The notes beneath the pieces are model-generated. The model had not been told where the DNA came from and did no database searches. It saw only the letters and a program-made list of their open reading frames with translations. Positions 40,096-49,711 of a DNA stretch of 64,000 nucleotides are shown in pieces; within the stretch, counting starts at the first letter, position 1, and each line of letters starts with the position of its first letter. The stretch lies in the NCBI GenBank assembly GCA_015058215.1, contig SVCU01000010.1:456-64455 (forward strand). Reading direction: 5' to 3'. Position numbers and translations under genes: made by a program. Source of the stretch: Clostridiales bacterium. Its GTDB lineage: Bacteria; Bacillota; Clostridia; Peptostreptococcales; Anaerovoracaceae.

Positions 40096-40833
40096 TTATT
40101 CTTCCTGAATATCCACACAGATGACTGTGATGTTATCACCGCCGCCGTTTTCGTTGGCTCTCTGTACCAGAGCATCGATAAAGGCGGTGGTGCTGAAAAG
40201 TCGTTCGGAAAGTTCACAGATCTCCCCTTCCGAGACCTCGTTGTAAAGGCCGTCGGAACAAAGGATGATCCGGTCTCCGGGCCGCACGGCGAACTGGAAG
40301 AAATCCGGTTCCACCTTGGGTTCCGCCCCCAGAGCTCTGGTGATCATATGCCGTCCGGGATGGGTCTTTGCTTCTTCTTCGGTAATGGACCCTTCCTTCA
40401 CCAGCTGATGCACGTAGGTGTGGTCCTCCGTGGCCTGGCGAAGAATGCCGTCCCGCAGCAGATAGGCCCGGCTGTCGCCCACGTTCACCACATAGGCCTT
40501 TCCCCGGGAAATATAGGTCAGCACCACGGTGGTGGCCATGCCGCCCCCTTCGTCGTGGTGACCGGCCAGTTTGTAGATGGTTTTGTTGACCTCTTCCAGA
40601 CATTTTCTGAAATACTGGTGCAGGGCCCCGTCATCGGTGATCCAATCGGGCGGGAAACTGCTGATATAATGGCGTACTCCTTCGGCAGCCAAATGGCTGG
40701 CGCGCTGGCCGTCTCGCTGACCGCCCACGCCGTCCGCCACAAGGAAGAGGGACTCTTTCTCCATAAGGAGGAAGTAATCTTCGTTGTGGTCCCGCCGTCT
40801 GCCGACGTCGGTTTTACCGGCTCCAATAACCAT
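40096..40833 (-). CDS. prpC: PP2C-family Ser/Thr phosphatase (PrpC/Stp)
   Basis: RDHNEDYF, VADGVGG and CSDGL motifs. Confidence 0.93.
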   Translation of the reverse strand: MVIGAGKTDVGRRRDHNEDYFLLMEKESLFLVADGVGGQRDGQRASHLAAEGVRHYISSFPPDWITDDGALHQYFRKCLEEVNKTIYKLAGHHDEGGGMATTVVLTYISRGKAYVVNVGDSRAYLLRDGILRQATEDHTYVHQLVKEGSITEEEAKTHPGRHMITRALGAEPKVEPDFFQFAVRPGDRIILCSDGLYNEVSEGEICELSERLFSTTAFIDALVQRANENGGGDNITVICVDIQEE

Positions 40834-40836
40834 GGT

Positions 40837-42153
40837 TTATCCTTTCTTACGAATCATACTGCAGATGTAAAAGCCGTCTGTCCCGTCCTTTCCGGGAAGC
40901 AGCTGGATTTCCGTTTCTTTTTCCCACTGAGGATGGTTCTCCAGGAAAGCCGCTGTGACCTGCTGGTTTTCCGCTTTGGAAACGGTACAGGTGCTGTAGA
41001 CCAGACGGCCGCCCGGTTTCACGATGGGGGCCGCATTGGCCAGGATGGCGGCCTGCTTTGCAGGGAGGCCGGCCAGTTCTTCATGGGCCTCATGAAGCTT
41101 GATCTCCGGTTTTCTTCTGAGGACACCCAGACCGGAGCAGGGTGCATCCACCAGCACCTTATCCGCACTTTCCGGCGGGAAGTCCGGTGCCTCCGGGGCT
41201 GCGCCGTCTCTTACCTTCAGCTTCGGGATGGTGACGCCGATGCGCTTCCCTTCCCGGCTGATGAGGGAGAGTTTGCCGCCGTGCACGTCGCAGGCGGTGA
41301 GGCTGCCCTTATTTTCCATGCGCTCACCCATGTAGAGAGTCTTGCCTCCGGGAGCGGCGCAGATATCGATGACAGTTTCACCGGGCTTGGGATCCAGGGT
41401 CTCCACCGCCAGCATGGAGCTTTCATCCTGTACGGAGAAATGACCCTTTTCGAAAAGTTCGGTGCTTAAAAGGTCGGAACCTTTCACGTGAAGGGCTGCC
41501 GGTGAAAGGTTCCCTTCCGCTGCGGCGGCCCCCAGAGCTTCCAGGGCCGCCTTCAGCTCTGCACGGGTGGTGCGCATCAAATTGGCGCGCACCACCAGAT
41601 CCGGCGTCTCCAGACTGTATTTTAGCATTTCCTCCGCCTGCTCTTCGCCGTAATCGCCGATCCACTGATCCACGATCCAGCGACGGCAGGAATAGCGGAC
41701 AGATAAGTATTCCGCAGGATCCTGCTTCCGGTCGGGAAGATCAACACGAGTGGGCCGCTCTTCGGAGATCGCACCGGCTCTGCCGTGATTCCGCAGCACA
41801 CCGTTGATGAAGCCCTCCCGGCCTCTGCAGACCTTCCGGGCCAGATCCACGGATTCTTTTACGGCTGCGTATTCCGGGATGCTGTTTGCAAAGTCCATCT
41901 GCCAGATGCCTATGCGAAGCACGATCTTCTCCGCAAGGCCCAGCTTGCTGACGGGCTGCTTCAGATACTTCCGGATGGTATAGTCCAGCAGGATCTGCTG
42001 TTCCAGTACGCCGTAAACCAGTTCGCGGACCAGTCTGGGAGCATCGGGCCGATCCTTTTCAATGGCAGCGGAAAGAGCCAGATTGGAGAAGGCTCCGTTC
42101 TTTTCGATGTTCCAGAGGACCTGATATGCACATGTTCTGTTCTTATCCGCCAT
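40837..42153 (-). CDS. rsmB: 16S rRNA (cytosine967-C5)-methyltransferase
   Basis: NusB-like N-terminus, DICAAPGGKT SAM motif, and DAPCSG / YSTCT catalytic cysteines. Start at ATG 42153 (MADKNRTCAY). Confidence 0.92.
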   Translation of the reverse strand: MADKNRTCAYQVLWNIEKNGAFSNLALSAAIEKDRPDAPRLVRELVYGVLEQQILLDYTIRKYLKQPVSKLGLAEKIVLRIGIWQMDFANSIPEYAAVKESVDLARKVCRGREGFINGVLRNHGRAGAISEERPTRVDLPDRKQDPAEYLSVRYSCRRWIVDQWIGDYGEEQAEEMLKYSLETPDLVVRANLMRTTRAELKAALEALGAAAAEGNLSPAALHVKGSDLLSTELFEKGHFSVQDESSMLAVETLDPKPGETVIDICAAPGGKTLYMGERMENKGSLTACDVHGGKLSLISREGKRIGVTIPKLKVRDGAAPEAPDFPPESADKVLVDAPCSGLGVLRRKPEIKLHEAHEELAGLPAKQAAILANAAPIVKPGGRLVYSTCTVSKAENQQVTAAFLENHPQWEKETEIQLLPGKDGTDGFYICSMIRKKG

Positions 42154-42238
42154 AATTCCCTCACCGGGCGCGCTCCTGATCCGGATGCGCGCTTCCTGCG
42201 GCGCGCTGCAAAGCTTGGCGCGCGCCTTCACTGCAAAT

Positions 42239-43198
42239 TTATTCTGCCTGGTTCGTGCACAGAGTGCCCACTTCCAGTTTGTTTCCCTTCAGATATTCCG
42301 ACACGGGCATTGCCTTCTTGCCGGGCATCTGGATCCTGGTCACCACCAGAGACTTCCCTCCGGCGGCAAATACGATACGGTCTTTTTCCACGGCGGCCAA
42401 AGTGCCGTCTGCCTTACCGGTGGCCTTGTCTTCCATGGAGGCTTCCAGCAACTTCATCTGCTGGCCCTGATAGAAGGTGTAAGCGCCGGGCCAGGGGGAA
42501 AGACCTCTGATCTGCCATTCGATCGCCTGCGGATCCTTGGAAAAATCCACAAGTCCGTCCTTTTTGAACACCATGGCCGCATAGGTCACCAGGCTTTCGT
42601 CCTGGGGTTCCGCTTTCACTGTGCCGTCAAAGAGGGCGGGCAGCGTGTCGATCAGCAGCTTTGCTCCCAGCTGGGAAAGCTCATCGTGGAGCCCGCCTGC
42701 TGTCTTACCGGCGGTGGGAGTGGTCACCTTTGCCAGCATATCGCCCGCATCCAGCTTTTCCGCCATGTACATGATGGTGACACCGGTCTCTTGATCCCCT
42801 TCCAGAATGGATCTCTGGATGGGAGCCGCCCCTCTCCAGCGGGGCAGCAGAGAGGCATGGATGTTGATGCAGCCGTACTTCGGCAGGTCCAGCACGTTCT
42901 TGGGCAGGATCTGGCCGTAAGCGGCCACAACGATGCAGTCGGGTTTTGCTTCCTGCAGGGCTTTCCAGAATTCTTCCTGGTCGCCGCCGTCCCAGGCACC
43001 TTTCATGGTTTCGGGAGACAGCACGGGAAGCCCCAGTTCCAGAGCCAGCGCCTTGACGGGCGTGGGCTTTGTCTTTTTGCCCCGGTCTCTGGCCTGGTCG
43101 GGCCGGGTCACCACCAGGGGGATCTCATAGCCCGCATCGTAGAGGGCCTGCAGAGGTGCCACAGAAAAATCCGGGGTACCCATGTAAACAATTCTCAT
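42239..43198 (-). CDS. fmt: Methionyl-tRNA formyltransferase
   Basis: MRIVYMGTPDF and INIHASLLPRWRGAAPIQ motifs. Confidence 0.95.
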   Translation of the reverse strand: MRIVYMGTPDFSVAPLQALYDAGYEIPLVVTRPDQARDRGKKTKPTPVKALALELGLPVLSPETMKGAWDGGDQEEFWKALQEAKPDCIVVAAYGQILPKNVLDLPKYGCINIHASLLPRWRGAAPIQRSILEGDQETGVTIMYMAEKLDAGDMLAKVTTPTAGKTAGGLHDELSQLGAKLLIDTLPALFDGTVKAEPQDESLVTYAAMVFKKDGLVDFSKDPQAIEWQIRGLSPWPGAYTFYQGQQMKLLEASMEDKATGKADGTLAAVEKDRIVFAAGGKSLVVTRIQMPGKKAMPVSEYLKGNKLEVGTLCTNQAE

Positions 43199-43246
43199 AT
43201 CAGCAGTTTCCTTTCTTCTGCCCGGGGGCCGGGCATTCTCAAAGGG

Positions 43247-43729
43247 TTATTTTTCGAAGTCGTCGTCCAAGTCCATATCCATGGTTCTGGTAGAGGTAGC
43301 CTTGTCGATGAACAGGATACCGTCCAGATGGTCGTACTCGTGGCAGAATGCCTTGGCCTTGAAGTCGCGGCCTTCGTATTCCACCTCTTCACCGAAACGG
43401 TTCAGACCCTTGATCTTCACATAGGTGGGTCTCTTCACCACGCCGGCAACGCCGGGAACGCTGAGGCAAGCTTCTTCATCTTCCTGCAGACCGCTCTGCT
43501 CCACGATTTCGGGGTTGATCAGTTCGATGGGGCCGTCGCCGATGTCCACGATGAACATTCTGCGCAGGATGCCCACCTGAGGTGCGGCGATACCAACGCC
43601 TTCGCTTTCATACATGGTTTCCAGCATGTCGTCCAGGATCATGCGGATGTGGTCGTTGACCTCCGTCACTTCTCTGCACTTCTTACGCAGGATGGGATCT
43701 CCTTCTTTTACGATATTTCTCAGTGCCAT
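43247..43729 (-). CDS. def: Peptide deformylase
   Basis: GVGIAAPQVG, EACLSVPG and HEYDHLDG motifs. Start at ATG 43729, after GGAGG. Confidence 0.95.
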   Translation of the reverse strand: MALRNIVKEGDPILRKKCREVTEVNDHIRMILDDMLETMYESEGVGIAAPQVGILRRMFIVDIGDGPIELINPEIVEQSGLQEDEEACLSVPGVAGVVKRPTYVKIKGLNRFGEEVEYEGRDFKAKAFCHEYDHLDGILFIDKATSTRTMDMDLDDDFEK

Positions 43730-43784
43730 GGTTGACCTCCGTGTCAAGTTTCAATGTGCAGCGCGGCGTTTCCGCCTGCGCGCA

Positions 43785-45806
43785 CTAAAGATAGCTGTAT
43801 GGGTTCACATCCAGAGTGAAGAGCCAGACGCCCTCCTTCTCCGCTGCGATTTTCTTTTTCAGTCGGAACATCGCCTTGCGGGTCTGCTCCATTTCTTCCG
43901 GTTTTACCTTCAGCAGCAGCTGGAACCGGTACATACCGCCCGCCTTTACAAGGGGGGCCTGGCGCGGCCCCAAAATCCGTGCGGCCGCGCTTTCCGGCAG
44001 TTTCTTCTGCAGCCAGAGCTTCACTTTTTCCGCGGCAAGCCTTGCTTCGTTTTCATCCTCAGCGGCCAGCACCATCTGGATCAGGTCGCTGTAGGGCGGA
44101 TAGGACAGGGTCTTTCGCAGCAGAAGCTCCGTGCGGTAAAAGCTTTCGTAATCCTGGGCTGCTGCCGCCAGGATCGCGTAATGGTCCGGCGAGTAGGTCT
44201 GGATGACCACCTTCCCCTGCTTGTCTCCTCTGCCGGAACGGCCTGCCGCCTGGGTCACCAGCTGGAAGGTCCGCTCCGCAGCGCGGAAATCGGGGATGTT
44301 CAGGGAAACGTCCGCCGCCACGATGCCCACCAGGCCCACGTTGGCGAAATCCAGGCCCTTGGCCACCAGCTGGGTGCCGATGAGGACCTGCGTTTTCCCC
44401 TTGCCGAAGTCTTTCAGAATGGTTTCGGTGCTGCCCTTCTTCCTGGCGGTGTCCATGTCCAGACGGGCGGTAGTGACACCGGGGAAGAACTGCTGCACCT
44501 GTTCCTCCACTTTTTCGGTACCGATGCCGAAGTGGCGAATGTGGGTGCTGCCGCATTCCGGACAGGTCTCCGGTACGGCAAAGCTTCTGTCGCAGAAATG
44601 GCATACGGCCCGGTTCTGCTCTTTATGGTAAGTGAGGGAAATGCCGCATTCCGGGCACTTCATCACGTAACCGCAGCTTCTGCAGGACAGGAAGCCGGAG
44701 TAACCCCGACGGTTCAGAAACAGGATCACCTGCTTTCCTTCCGCCAGGCAGGCTTCCATCTCTTCGAAAAGCGCCCTGCTGAAAATGGTTCGGTTGCCCT
44801 CCTGAAGTTCCTGCCGCATGTCGGCGATGGTCACTTCGGGGAGGGGATTCTTGTTGTATCTCTGATGCAGAAAGACCCGTTTGAACCGGCCTTCTTCCGC
44901 CAAAAGAGAGGTCCCCACAGAGGGAGTGGCGCTTCCCAGAAGCACCGCCGCCCCATGATACCGGGCTCTCTCGATGGCCACCTCCGCCGCATCGTACTTG
45001 GGGGTGGAATCGGAACGGTAAGAGGCTTCGTGCTCTTCGTCCAGAATGATGACACCAATGTTTTCGAAGGGGGCGAACACCGCCGAGCGGGCACCCACCA
45101 CGATATCCACCTCGCCTCTCCGGACCCGCATCCACTCATCGTAGCGCTGGCCCAGGGAAAGCTTGCTGTGGAGCACGGCCACCCTTTCCGGTCCGAACCG
45201 GGACAGGAACCGCTGCACCGTCTGGGGAGTCAGGGAGATTTCCGGCACCAGCAGGATGGCTTTTTTGCCCTGCTGCACACAGGCTTCGATGACCTGCAGA
45301 TACAGCTCCGTTTTGCCGCTGCCTGTGACGCCGTGGATCACCGTCACCTGATGACGGCCATCCTCCAGGGCGGGCAGGATCTGGTCGAAGGCATCCTGCT
45401 GTTCCTCCGTCAGAGGCTTTTTTTCGTCCGGTTCCGGGGTTTCTTTGTAAGGCGAACGGGTCTTCCCTCTTTTGGAGGGAGCCCCGGCCGGCGCGAAGCA
45501 GTGAAGGGCTTCAATGGGCCGGCAGAAGTAGCGGTCTTCCATCCAGCGGGCCGTCTGCAGCATTTCTGCGGTCAGGCTCACCTCGGGATCCTTGGACGCG
45601 ATCTTCCGCAGACCTTTGATAGGAGTTTCCAGCTCTTCCATCACCTGTACCACATAGGCTTCCACCGGCGTAGAACGGCGTGCGAAAGGCACCAGCACCC
45701 GATCTCCGGGCTGCAGCTGCCCTTCCAGTTCCGGGGGCACCGCATAGGTGTAAGGCCCCTCCGTCCGGCTGCTGTTGTTGTTGATGATCACGTCTGCGTA
45801 AGACAC
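43785..45806 (-). CDS. priA: Primosomal protein N' (replication restart helicase)
   Basis: GVTGSGKTE Walker A, DEEH box, and Cys-rich insert CRSCGYVMKCPECG...CHFC...CPECG. GTG start. Confidence 0.95.
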   Translation of the reverse strand: MSYADVIINNNSSRTEGPYTYAVPPELEGQLQPGDRVLVPFARRSTPVEAYVVQVMEELETPIKGLRKIASKDPEVSLTAEMLQTARWMEDRYFCRPIEALHCFAPAGAPSKRGKTRSPYKETPEPDEKKPLTEEQQDAFDQILPALEDGRHQVTVIHGVTGSGKTELYLQVIEACVQQGKKAILLVPEISLTPQTVQRFLSRFGPERVAVLHSKLSLGQRYDEWMRVRRGEVDIVVGARSAVFAPFENIGVIILDEEHEASYRSDSTPKYDAAEVAIERARYHGAAVLLGSATPSVGTSLLAEEGRFKRVFLHQRYNKNPLPEVTIADMRQELQEGNRTIFSRALFEEMEACLAEGKQVILFLNRRGYSGFLSCRSCGYVMKCPECGISLTYHKEQNRAVCHFCDRSFAVPETCPECGSTHIRHFGIGTEKVEEQVQQFFPGVTTARLDMDTARKKGSTETILKDFGKGKTQVLIGTQLVAKGLDFANVGLVGIVAADVSLNIPDFRAAERTFQLVTQAAGRSGRGDKQGKVVIQTYSPDHYAILAAAAQDYESFYRTELLLRKTLSYPPYSDLIQMVLAAEDENEARLAAEKVKLWLQKKLPESAAARILGPRQAPLVKAGGMYRFQLLLKVKPEEMEQTRKAMFRLKKKIAAEKEGVWLFTLDVNPYSYL

Positions 45807-45834
45807 TTGCTACCTTCGTTTCCTTTCCTCTGCG

Positions 45835-46842
45835 TTACAGCAGGAAAATGTTGTTTTCTTCGCACCGGCGGATCATTTCTTCGGGCCACATGCCCACCTG
45901 GATCTCACCGATATGGGCTCTCTTCAGGAAGAACATGCAGAGGCGGCTCTGGCCGATGCCGCCGCCGATGGAGTAGGGCAGTTTCTTTTCCAGGATGGCC
46001 TTGTGGAAGGGCAGCTCCGCCCGTTCCTCTGCCTTGGCCAGTTTCAGCTGCCGTGCCATGGCGGTTTCGTCCACGCGGACACCCATGGAGGACAGTTCCA
46101 GAGACTGGTTCAGAACGGAGTTCCAGACCAGGATGTCACCGTTCAGATTCCAGTCGTCGTAGTCGGGGGCACGGCCGTCGTGGCGCTGGCCGGAGGCCAG
46201 TACGTCACCGATCTTCATGATGAAGACGGCCTTCTGTTCCTTGGCGATGGCATGTTCTCTTTCCTTGGCGGTGAGCTCAGGCCATCTGTATTCCAGCTCC
46301 TGGCTGGTGACGAAATAGATGTTTTCAGGCAGGTCTACCTTCAGTTCGGGCCACTGCTCTGCCACGTAGTCGCCCAGGCGCTTCATGACACCGTAGATTT
46401 TGTTTACGGTCTCCTTCAGGTACTCTTCGGTACGCTCTTCCCTGGTCATGGTTTTTTCCCAGTCCCACTGGTCCACGTAGATGGAGTGGATGTTATCCAG
46501 GTCTTCATCGCGGCGAAGAGCGTTCATGTCGGTGTAGATGCCCTTTCCGGGCTTTACCTTGTAGCGGCCCAGAGCCATGCGCTTCCACTTGGCCAGGGAC
46601 TGTACCACTTCGGCCTTGCATTCGTTGATGTCCTTTACGGTAAAGGAAACGGTGCGTTCCACGCCGTTCAGGTTATCGTTGAGGCCGGTGTCGGGGTCTA
46701 CCACCAGGGGGGCGGTGACGCGCTGCAGGTTCAGTTCTTTGGACAGTTCGTCCTGGAAAAAGTCCTTGACCTTTTTGATGGCTTTCTGGGTTTCAAAGAG
46801 ATCCAGATGGGGTTCGTACCCCTCGGGTAAAATCAATTTCAT
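45835..46842 (-). CDS. asnA: Aspartate--ammonia ligase
   Basis: MKLILPEGYEPHLDLFETQKAIKKVKDFF and SIGGGIGQSRLCMFFL motifs. Confidence 0.93.
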   Translation of the reverse strand: MKLILPEGYEPHLDLFETQKAIKKVKDFFQDELSKELNLQRVTAPLVVDPDTGLNDNLNGVERTVSFTVKDINECKAEVVQSLAKWKRMALGRYKVKPGKGIYTDMNALRRDEDLDNIHSIYVDQWDWEKTMTREERTEEYLKETVNKIYGVMKRLGDYVAEQWPELKVDLPENIYFVTSQELEYRWPELTAKEREHAIAKEQKAVFIMKIGDVLASGQRHDGRAPDYDDWNLNGDILVWNSVLNQSLELSSMGVRVDETAMARQLKLAKAEERAELPFHKAILEKKLPYSIGGGIGQSRLCMFFLKRAHIGEIQVGMWPEEMIRRCEENNIFLL

Positions 46843-46864
46843 GTCAGCTGATTCCTTTCAGTGG

Positions 46865-47461
46865 TTACCGGCGGGAGAATTCGCATCCGCAGAAATTCTG
46901 CCGGTAGAGGTTATGGATTTTGGACAGTTCAATGCTTCGCTTGTAACCGTCCTTTTTCTTGAAGTCTTCTTCCAGGAAGGTGATCCCGAAAGCCGCGCCC
47001 TCTTCCCTGCCGAACTGGCAGAGTACGGGAAACTGTTTGTGAGGGCTGACGGAAAGTGTGGTGGTATACACCGGGGCACCGATCACCGCCGCCATAGCAG
47101 CGGATTCCGCAAGGCGCAGCCGGAAGCACACGTCGCAGCGCGCTCCCCGCTCCGGTTCCTGCTCCAGGCCTTTCACGGCGGAGAGATAGGCTTCCGGATC
47201 CCAGCGTCCTTCCAGGAATTCCACGGGGTTTGCCCCCTCCGGAAGGTCGGCATTGAAGGCCCGCAGAAACTGCAGCTGAGTCGCCTTCCGCTTTTCGTAT
47301 TCCTCCCGGTCCGTAATGTTGGGGTTGCAGAAAAAGAGAGTCACATCATAGCGGGGTGCCAGCCGTTCCAGAACGGCAGAGCTGCAGGGGCCGCAGCAGC
47401 TGTGCAGAAGCAGGCGCTGCTTGGCAGTGTTGCCGCTGTTGTCATTATTGCCTTCGCTCAT
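46865..47461 (-). CDS. queH: Epoxyqueuosine reductase QueH (DUF208)
   Basis: LLLHSCCGPCS, RCDVCFRLRL and NFCGCEFS Cys motifs. Confidence 0.85.
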   Translation of the reverse strand: MSEGNNDNSGNTAKQRLLLHSCCGPCSSAVLERLAPRYDVTLFFCNPNITDREEYEKRKATQLQFLRAFNADLPEGANPVEFLEGRWDPEAYLSAVKGLEQEPERGARCDVCFRLRLAESAAMAAVIGAPVYTTTLSVSPHKQFPVLCQFGREEGAAFGITFLEEDFKKKDGYKRSIELSKIHNLYRQNFCGCEFSRR

Positions 47462-47598
47462 GAGGATCCCTCCTTTTCACCGAATTTTGGGCAGAGAACA
47501 CCCCTCCCAATCTAACATACGATTTTAGCACATAATAGTAGGAAACGCCATAGGAAAACCGAACTTTCCCGCAGGTTTCCCAAGTTTTTTGCCCTTTC

Positions 47599-47627
47599 TT
47601 GACCCCTTTTGCAGGCCATGGTACAAT
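47599..47627 (+). promoter_or_regulatory. SigmaA-type promoter with extended -10
   Basis: TTGACC, 17-nt spacer, (TGg)TACAAT, about 60 nt upstream of the radical-SAM gene start. Confidence 0.55.
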
Positions 47628-47686
47628 GGGATAAAGATTCGCAAGCAAAAGAGGCAGCAGATCGCTGTCCTTTCAGGAGAACATCC

Positions 47687-48652
47687 ATGGAAAACCCCTT
47701 TGGCAGCATTCATTACAACAACATCGGCACCTGGCTGCGGCAGCGCTTCGGCTGTCAGGTCAGCAAGCTTTCCCTGGACGGCGGCTTCACCTGTCCCAAC
47801 CGGGACGGCAGCAAAGGCTATGCGGGCTGCAGCTTCTGCAGCTGGGAAGGAAGCGGCGAATTCGCTTCTGCCGCCACCCCCGAAACCATCCAGGATGCGG
47901 TGAACCGGCAGATCGCCCTGCTGTCCCGCAAATGGCCTGAAGGCAAGTATATTGCCTATTTCCAGAGCCATACCAACACCTACGCTCCCGCAGAAAAACT
48001 GCGGGCGCTCTTTGATGCCGCCCTCTCCGTTTCCGATGTGGCAGGGCTTGCCGTTGCCACCCGTCCCGACTGCCTGCCTCCTGATGTGCTGGACCTGCTG
48101 TCTGAATACAACCAGCGCACCTTTCTGTGGGTGGAACTGGGCCTGCAGACCATGCACGACCATACCGCGGACATGCTGAACCGCTGCTACCCCACCTCCG
48201 TTTTTACGGAAGCGGCCGCCGCTCTTTCCGCCCGCAGCATCCCCTTCCTGGTGCATCTGATCTTTGGCCTTCCCGGTGAAACCAAAGAGGACATGCTGGA
48301 TTCCGTCCGGTTCGTCGCCGCCCAAAAGCCCTTCGGCATCAAGATCCACAGCCTTTCCTACCTGTCCGATTCCACCCTGGGCCGGGTGCTGGTTTCCCAA
48401 GAAAAGGGGTTCAACTGCAGTTACAAGGCTTTTCCGCCCCTGCGGCCTCTGGAACTTCCGGAATACATCGATCTTGTGGTGGATGCCCTGGAGATCCTTC
48501 CCCCGGACATCACCGTTCACCGCATCACCGGCGATGCCCCCGCAGAGACCCTTCTGGCCCCTCTCTGGCCCAAAAATAAACACGCCGTCTTAAACGGCAT
48601 CCAACAGGAATTCAAAAAGCGCGGCTCCTTCCAGGGCTGCCGCGCCCGCTGA
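47687..48652 (+). CDS. TIGR01212-family radical SAM protein (YtqA-like)
   Basis: SLDGGFTCPNRDGSKGYAGCSFCS motif. Start at ATG 47687, after AGGAGA. Confidence 0.88.
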   Translation: MENPFGSIHYNNIGTWLRQRFGCQVSKLSLDGGFTCPNRDGSKGYAGCSFCSWEGSGEFASAATPETIQDAVNRQIALLSRKWPEGKYIAYFQSHTNTYAPAEKLRALFDAALSVSDVAGLAVATRPDCLPPDVLDLLSEYNQRTFLWVELGLQTMHDHTADMLNRCYPTSVFTEAAAALSARSIPFLVHLIFGLPGETKEDMLDSVRFVAAQKPFGIKIHSLSYLSDSTLGRVLVSQEKGFNCSYKAFPPLRPLELPEYIDLVVDALEILPPDITVHRITGDAPAETLLAPLWPKNKHAVLNGIQQEFKKRGSFQGCRAR

Positions 48653-48682
48653 TTTTACCAAACTGCAAAAGGAGGAGATCCC

Positions 48683-49348
48683 ATGAACCGACCTATCGTC
48701 ACTTACGAAACGTTCCACGGCAGCGCCAAGAAGATCGCAGAGATCATTGCCGCCAAACTGAACTGCAAATGCATCAACATCGACACCCCCTTTGAAGCGG
48801 AAGACCTGAAAGAACTGGACACCGTCATTCTGGTGTTCAATTTCCGCGGCCCCTATACCGCTCAGCTCACCAAACTGTACCTGGGCCGGGTGAAAGACCA
48901 ACTGAAGACCAAGAACGTGATTCTGGTGGGCGAAGGTCTGTTCTCCGAAAAAGAATTCCCCGTGGTGGCCGGCGAGATCCACGAAAACCATCCATCCAAG
49001 ACCTTCAGCAAGTTCTTTGTGAACGGTCAGCTTCGGGTCGCCACTCTCTTCCCCGAAGAAAAAGCCCTGCTGGCCAAGTTCAGTGAATTGACCGGCATGA
49101 AGATCACCGATATGGGTGAACTGGATCTGCAGCGCGCTGCAGAAGTGGCAGAAGAGATCGCCGCCCTTCTGGAAACGGAGGAATTCAACGCAGCTGCCCT
49201 TCCCGCAGAAGAGGCTCCTGCTGCAGCATCCGCCGAAAACAAAACCAAATGGACCTGCCCGCTCTGCGGCTATGTGCATTACGGTGATGCGCCCCCCGAA
49301 AAATGCCCGCTCTGCGGCCTTCCCGGCGCACAGTTCGTAAAGGGCTGA
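48683..49348 (+). CDS. Flavodoxin-like domain fused to a C-terminal rubredoxin-type zinc ribbon
   Basis: N-terminus IVTYETFHGSAKKIAEIIA (flavodoxin-like), an Ala/Glu-rich linker, then C-terminus WTCPLCGYVHYGDAPPEKCPLCG. Confidence 0.75.
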   Translation: MNRPIVTYETFHGSAKKIAEIIAAKLNCKCINIDTPFEAEDLKELDTVILVFNFRGPYTAQLTKLYLGRVKDQLKTKNVILVGEGLFSEKEFPVVAGEIHENHPSKTFSKFFVNGQLRVATLFPEEKALLAKFSELTGMKITDMGELDLQRAAEVAEEIAALLETEEFNAAALPAEEAPAAASAENKTKWTCPLCGYVHYGDAPPEKCPLCGLPGAQFVKG

Positions 49349-49363
49349 TCCGGAAACTTCTGC

Positions 49364-49397
49364 AAAAAAGAGCCGTCCCTGCGGACGGCTCTTTTCT
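49364..49397 (+). terminator. Rho-independent terminator
   Basis: A-run, GAGCCGTCC-CTGC-GGACGGCTC, then TTTT. Confidence 0.8.
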
Positions 49398-49412
49398 TAT
49401 GATCCTTTGTTG

Positions 49413-49597
49413 CCACACAAAGGGGATCAATCTGTATTTCACCTTGCTTTTGTACTCTTTGTACCCTGCCAGACCTTCTTCCAGGATGGCTTCTTCGCTT
49501 TGGATGCGCTTGGCCAGAAGATCAAAAGACCGATCAGTAGCACCCCTGCCGTAAATTTTCTCTCTGTCCGAGATAAGTATTGGTGTGTATAACTGAC
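49413..49597 (-). pseudogene. Possible C-terminal remnant of an isoprenylcysteine carboxyl/phospholipid methyltransferase-family gene
   Basis: Minus-strand frame after a TAA reads ...RIQSEEAILEEGLAGYKEYKSKVKYRLIPFVW, which resembles the conserved C-terminus of that family. There is no start codon and no N-terminal body. Confidence 0.3.
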
Positions 49598-49621
49598 CTT
49601 TTTATTCATTTTCTATGAATG

Positions 49622-49673
49622 CCCATAGGCAAACGAAAGGGAGCAAGGTATATCTCAACCTTGCTCCTATGGG
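49622..49673 (-). terminator. Long hairpin downstream of the methyltransferase gene
   Basis: Perfect 10-bp stem GGAGCAAGGT / ACCTTGCTCC (49640-49649 / 49658-49667), extended by the outer pair CCCATAGG / CCTATGGG. Confidence 0.5.
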
Positions 49674-49711
49674 ATATATGCTATTCAGTTCAACAAATTG
49701 GGATTTGGCAT

